This document shows, one piece after another, positions 60,353 through 64,000 of a stretch of 64,000 bases of DNA (position 1 is its first letter; every line of letters begins with the position of its first letter). The notes under the pieces are model-generated. The model saw only the letters and a list, made by a program, of their open reading frames with translations. It did no database searches and had not been told where the DNA came from. The position numbers were made by a program, and so were the translations under genes. The DNA comes from Candidatus Latescibacterota bacterium (lineage in GTDB: Bacteria; Latescibacterota; UBA2968): contig OZ242311.1 of assembly GCA_965207885.1 (NCBI GenBank), forward strand, positions 5,728,001 to 5,792,000. The letters are read 5' to 3'.

Positions 60353-61284
60353 CACGTTTTGGTAATTCCACAAAGACGCGGTAAGCCCTGCATCAAATTC
60401 ATATTTTCCACAGCCTGGGTAGCCGCGCCTTTTTGCAAATTATCTTCCAGAGCATTGATATAGGCAAAACCGTTATCAACGCCCAATTTGATAATCAGTT
60501 TATGCGTATCTACCACATCGCGCGTACCCCACCAATGCGCGTCGGAATCTTCAACCACCTGCACCAGATCGTCAGCGTCATAAGCACTTGCAATCGCCTC
60601 GCGCAACTGCGCTGCAGCATCTTCATTTGCCAGCGCTTTCAAATCATCAGCCAATTCAACTCGAATATTTGCATTAATACCCGCAAATACCGACCGCAGC
60701 ACAACAGGCGTAAAATTCACTTCAAAACCCGAATACAAAACCATTTCGGGCACGTGTTTGTGTCGCTTGCCATAGCTATATGCAATCTCATTTGACACAT
60801 CCTCCACCTCGGCTCGCGCACCCGAATTGCCCGAAGTCGCCACAATCGTCGCTTCCCCCTGCACGAGTGCTTTGAGGGGATACAAAGCCAAAATAACACT
60901 CGTGGGATAACACCCCGGATTGCCCACCAGACGCGCCACAGCAATCTCTTTGGCAAACAAAGCCGGCATGCCATAAACCGCTTCTTTGAGCAACTCAGGC
61001 GCCGTATGCACCAGACCATAACCCCTTTCAAACGCCTCTCTCGGCAGCCGAAAAGCACCGCTCATATCAATAACCTTCGCACCTGCGGCCAGTGCCTCGG
61101 GCGCAAACTTCATCGACTCGGGATCCTTCGTCGCCAAAAACACCACATCGCAATCGACCAAATTGCCATCCCGGCGCCTTGAATTTTGTCGAAACGCGAT
61201 AGTTGCCCGATCGTGGTATTTCAACACCTTTTGGATCTCCTGCCCCACCATCCCCGTATCGCCGTAAATGCCTATTCTTATCAC
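60352..61284 (-). CDS. argC: N-acetyl-gamma-glutamyl-phosphate reductase
   Basis: NPGCYPT, HKHVPE, DNLQKGAA. Confidence 0.92.
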   Translation of the reverse strand: MIRIGIYGDTGMVGQEIQKVLKYHDRATIAFRQNSRRRDGNLVDCDVVFLATKDPESMKFAPEALAAGAKVIDMSGAFRLPREAFERGYGLVHTAPELLKEAVYGMPALFAKEIAVARLVGNPGCYPTSVILALYPLKALVQGEATIVATSGNSGARAEVEDVSNEIAYSYGKRHKHVPEMVLYSGFEVNFTPVVLRSVFAGINANIRVELADDLKALANEDAAAQLREAIASAYDADDLVQVVEDSDAHWWGTRDVVDTHKLIIKLGVDNGFAYINALEDNLQKGAATQAVENMNLMQGLPRLCGITKT

Positions 61285-61296
61285 AGAACAACCCTT

Positions 61297-61731
61297 TCAA
61301 GGTACTAAAATCTGATCTGAAATATCTGGGTAAACAGCCTTAAAATCTCGTTCATTAAAAGTTATCAAATGATCAACCTGAATCCGGTAAGCTGTATGTG
61401 CAATCAGAGCATCGTAGGTCGCACCACCTGTGATGCCTTGTTGAGCCAGATGCACCAAAAGCGTTTTGTATTCATCACCATCTGATGCAATTATTTCAAA
61501 TGTGGAGACGACATTTTCCTGGATAAGTTGCAGTGCAGTGGTCGAAGAAATGCGTGGTTGTACTGGTAAACGCGTTAAAACAGCGTACAACTCAGCAAGT
61601 GTATGAGCCGCAATATAGGCAGAAACATCGTCTTGTCTTGCTCGTTTTAACCACGTTAGTGCTCGAGCATGACTGGGATGGGCTTCAACCATCGCAGCGA
61701 TAAGTACAGACGTATCCAACAAAATTTTCAT
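61297..61731 (-). CDS. PIN domain (VapC-like) toxin
   Basis: LLDTSV, LAELYAVLT, GGATYDALI, TFN..DF. Confidence 0.88.
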   Translation of the reverse strand: MKILLDTSVLIAAMVEAHPSHARALTWLKRARQDDVSAYIAAHTLAELYAVLTRLPVQPRISSTTALQLIQENVVSTFEIIASDGDEYKTLLVHLAQQGITGGATYDALIAHTAYRIQVDHLITFNERDFKAVYPDISDQILVP

Positions 61732-62384
61732 AAACCAGATGTCTCCGCCAGCCCTTTCAACCGTTCTTCGCGACTTTGTTTCAACGTATTCCCAAGTGGT
61801 TGAAGTGCTTGTGAACGAATGACCAGAACACCTTCTTTACGAACTATTGGTGGATTTTCATTGCTTGCAGATTTTGTACCAACATCGCTTACTGATTGAT
61901 TTGTAGATGAAGTCTTCATGTGTATCCAAATACTCTTTTCAAGATCCTGACATGCTTCTGGCGAGCGACAAAGAATAAAAATGGTATTCTCACCGGCGAG
62001 TGTTCCGGCAACTTCTGCCCATTCTGCTTGATCAATTGCTTCACAAACACCCTGAGCATGTCCAGTAATTGTCTTCAGAATCAGCGTATGAGCCACTGAC
62101 TCTACACCAATAACAAAGTCTCGCAACTCACGCCTCAACAGATCGTCACCCTGTAGCGACATCCGTTCTGAACCTATGGAAGTCTCTGGAATTTGATATC
62201 GAAAACCTCCTTCGCCATCGGGCACTTTTGCAATTCCCAGTTCCTTAATATCTTTTGACAGAGTCGATTGCGTAGTCGAAATTCCAACATCCTTCAACGC
62301 AGCATTCAGTTCTTCCTGGCGTGTGATAGGCCCTTCAGTAATTAGTTCTATAATTTTCTGATGGCGTTCGCTTTTTGCGCTCAT
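61728..62384 (-). CDS. argR: arginine repressor with C-terminal antitoxin-like extension
   Basis: TQSTLSKDIKEL and GTLAGENTIF; extra tail of about 63 aa with KEGVLVI...REER. Confidence 0.85.
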   Translation of the reverse strand: MSAKSERHQKIIELITEGPITRQEELNAALKDVGISTTQSTLSKDIKELGIAKVPDGEGGFRYQIPETSIGSERMSLQGDDLLRRELRDFVIGVESVAHTLILKTITGHAQGVCEAIDQAEWAEVAGTLAGENTIFILCRSPEACQDLEKSIWIHMKTSSTNQSVSDVGTKSASNENPPIVRKEGVLVIRSQALQPLGNTLKQSREERLKGLAETSGL

Positions 62385-62470
62385 AATTTCCCTCCATGTT
62401 CCGAGGTACTTTTGCTTGCATTGCGATTCTTAATGGCAGGAAAAAATATACCAGAAACAAATACAAGTCA

Positions 62471-62504
62471 AGAATAAAAATTCAAAAAAATGAATTTTTA
62501 TTCC
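62471..62504. promoter_or_regulatory. two ARG boxes next to the argR promoter
   Basis: AGAATAAAAATTCA 62471-62484 and TGAATTTTTATTCC 62491-62504; minus-strand TTGACT at 62466-62471. Confidence 0.6.
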
Positions 62505-64000
62505 TTTTTGGCATACTTATCTAACCACTCTGACATCTCCCACAAAACGTGCATAACCGACTCTCGCGCCCGATAGCCGTGGCTCTCGTGCGGCAACATC
62601 ACCAATCGGCAGATCGCGCCGTGTCCCTTGAGCGCATTGTAAAATCGCTCGCTCTGCATGGGAAACGTACCCGAATTATTATCTACCTCACCGTGAATAA
62701 GCAGCAAAGGCGCCTTAATTTTAGGCACATGATTAAAAGGAGACATCGTCGCATAAACATCTGCTGCTTGCCAGAACGTGCGCTCTTCTGCCTGAAAACC
62801 AAAAGGCGTCAACGTGCGATTATACGCGCCACTGCGCGCAATACCACAGCAAAACAAATCGGTATGTGCCAGCAAATTCGCCGTCATAAAACCGCCGTAA
62901 GAATGTCCCCCCACCGCCACTTTTTCTGGATCCGCCACGCCCAGGCGCACCAGTTCATCAACCGCGGCCCTTGCACTATCAGCAAGCTGCTCGACATAAG
63001 TATCATTCGCCTCGCGATCTCCCTCCCCCACAATCGGCATCGCCGGACCATCCAGCACAGCATAACCACGCGCCAAAAAAGGCAACGCACCGTGCGAACT
63101 GATACGCACAAAGCGAAAAGGAGAATCCTTCACCTGACCCGCGGCATCTGCACTCTTAAATTCGCGGGGATAAGCCCACATCAGCACTGGTAGCGGACCA
63201 TCGTCTCTTTTATATCCGGGCGGCAAATACAACGTCCCATTCAACTGCACCCCATCTTTGCGCTGGTACTGAACCAGCGACTTCTCCACCGCCTTCAACC
63301 GCGGCAGCGGATGAACAAAATACGTGAGTTGCCGCATATCATTGCGCACCAAATCTCGCACATAATAATTGGTCGGCTCATCAACACTCTCCCGGCTCAT
63401 CAACACCGTATTGGCATCTATCATCGTCGTTGGCCGCTCGTAAAACGGCCCCTGGGAATGCATGAGACGTTCCGCCTTACCCGTCTCCAGATCATAGCGA
63501 TCCAAAAATGGGCGATCGCCTTTGGGCGACGCACCATCACCTGCAAAAAACATATAGCGTTGCGACGCATCCGTCATCAACACAGACCGCCCATTGGGCA
63601 ACCGCGTAAACACAGGCGCGCCCGGCGCGCCATAGCGATCTTCCCACGACCGATCAAACAACACCTGCGGTTCAAAATCCGAATCATCCGGGCGAATGCG
63701 CCACGTACGCACGCGCCGCGTCTTCCACCAGCGCTCTGAAACCAACGCGAGATCACCCGTCCCCCACGAACACCCACCATAGCGCATCGCCAGCGACATA
63801 AGCACGCGCTCATCACCCTCATAAGGCGCGTCGAGCGCATATACAACATCGCGCACCGCCACATCCACCTCGGGATCGCCGCCATCCTGTGCCACAACCC
63901 ACGTCACGGTCGCAGGCGCGTCTGCCCGCCACCCAAACGAACGCGCACCTTCGGGCACGGCATCATACGCAATCGGAATAGACTCGGCCAATGGCAAATC
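62498..64000 (-). CDS. S9 family (prolyl oligopeptidase-like) peptidase, 5' end outside window
   Basis: GHSYG nucleophile, DNN and ESHGY catalytic motifs. Confidence 0.9.
   Translation of the reverse strand, partial: DLPLAESIPIAYDAVPEGARSFGWRADAPATVTWVVAQDGGDPEVDVAVRDVVYALDAPYEGDERVLMSLAMRYGGCSWGTGDLALVSERWWKTRRVRTWRIRPDDSDFEPQVLFDRSWEDRYGAPGAPVFTRLPNGRSVLMTDASQRYMFFAGDGASPKGDRPFLDRYDLETGKAERLMHSQGPFYERPTTMIDANTVLMSRESVDEPTNYYVRDLVRNDMRQLTYFVHPLPRLKAVEKSLVQYQRKDGVQLNGTLYLPPGYKRDDGPLPVLMWAYPREFKSADAAGQVKDSPFRFVRISSHGALPFLARGYAVLDGPAMPIVGEGDREANDTYVEQLADSARAAVDELVRLGVADPEKVAVGGHSYGGFMTANLLAHTDLFCCGIARSGAYNRTLTPFGFQAEERTFWQAADVYATMSPFNHVPKIKAPLLLIHGEVDNNSGTFPMQSERFYNALKGHGAICRLVMLPHESHGYRARESVMHVLWEMSEWLDKYAKKE

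Overview
Bacterial chromosomal window; the sulfatase-rich housekeeping flanks suggest an uncultured heterotroph, but taxonomy cannot be fixed from the sequence. Left (1.8-14 kb): a decaying defence island with a BsuBI/PstI-like methylase fused to a truncated endonuclease, an orphan HigA, a RecD-like helicase-nuclease and two C5-methylase modules with frameshifted partners. Centre (20.3-48.9 kb): a type III-D-like CRISPR-Cas locus. It is preceded by a CARF (NE0113-like) + sigma54 enhancer-binding protein fusion. Both the interference operon (cas6...) and the adaptation operon (CAPP primase-polymerase, cas1, cas2) carry perfect sigma54 -24/-12 promoters and share the upstream palindrome GTGCA-N4-TGCAC, which points to a candidate cyclic-oligoadenylate-inducible CRISPR regulon (inference). 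The 37-bp-repeat array is interrupted by an intact LtrA-like group II intron inserted antisense inside spacer 25, with EBS/IBS pairing visible. Two protein-coding cargo blocks (dynamin-like GTPase pair; VapBC + DUF4926) also sit between repeats. Right (49-64 kb): glycosyltransferase, three sulfatases, K+ channel, arg operon with a PIN toxin and an ArgR-antitoxin-like fusion, and an S9 peptidase. A deiodinase-like selenoprotein (in-frame UGA) is at 15.3-15.9 kb. All family calls are by motif recognition; no database search was run.
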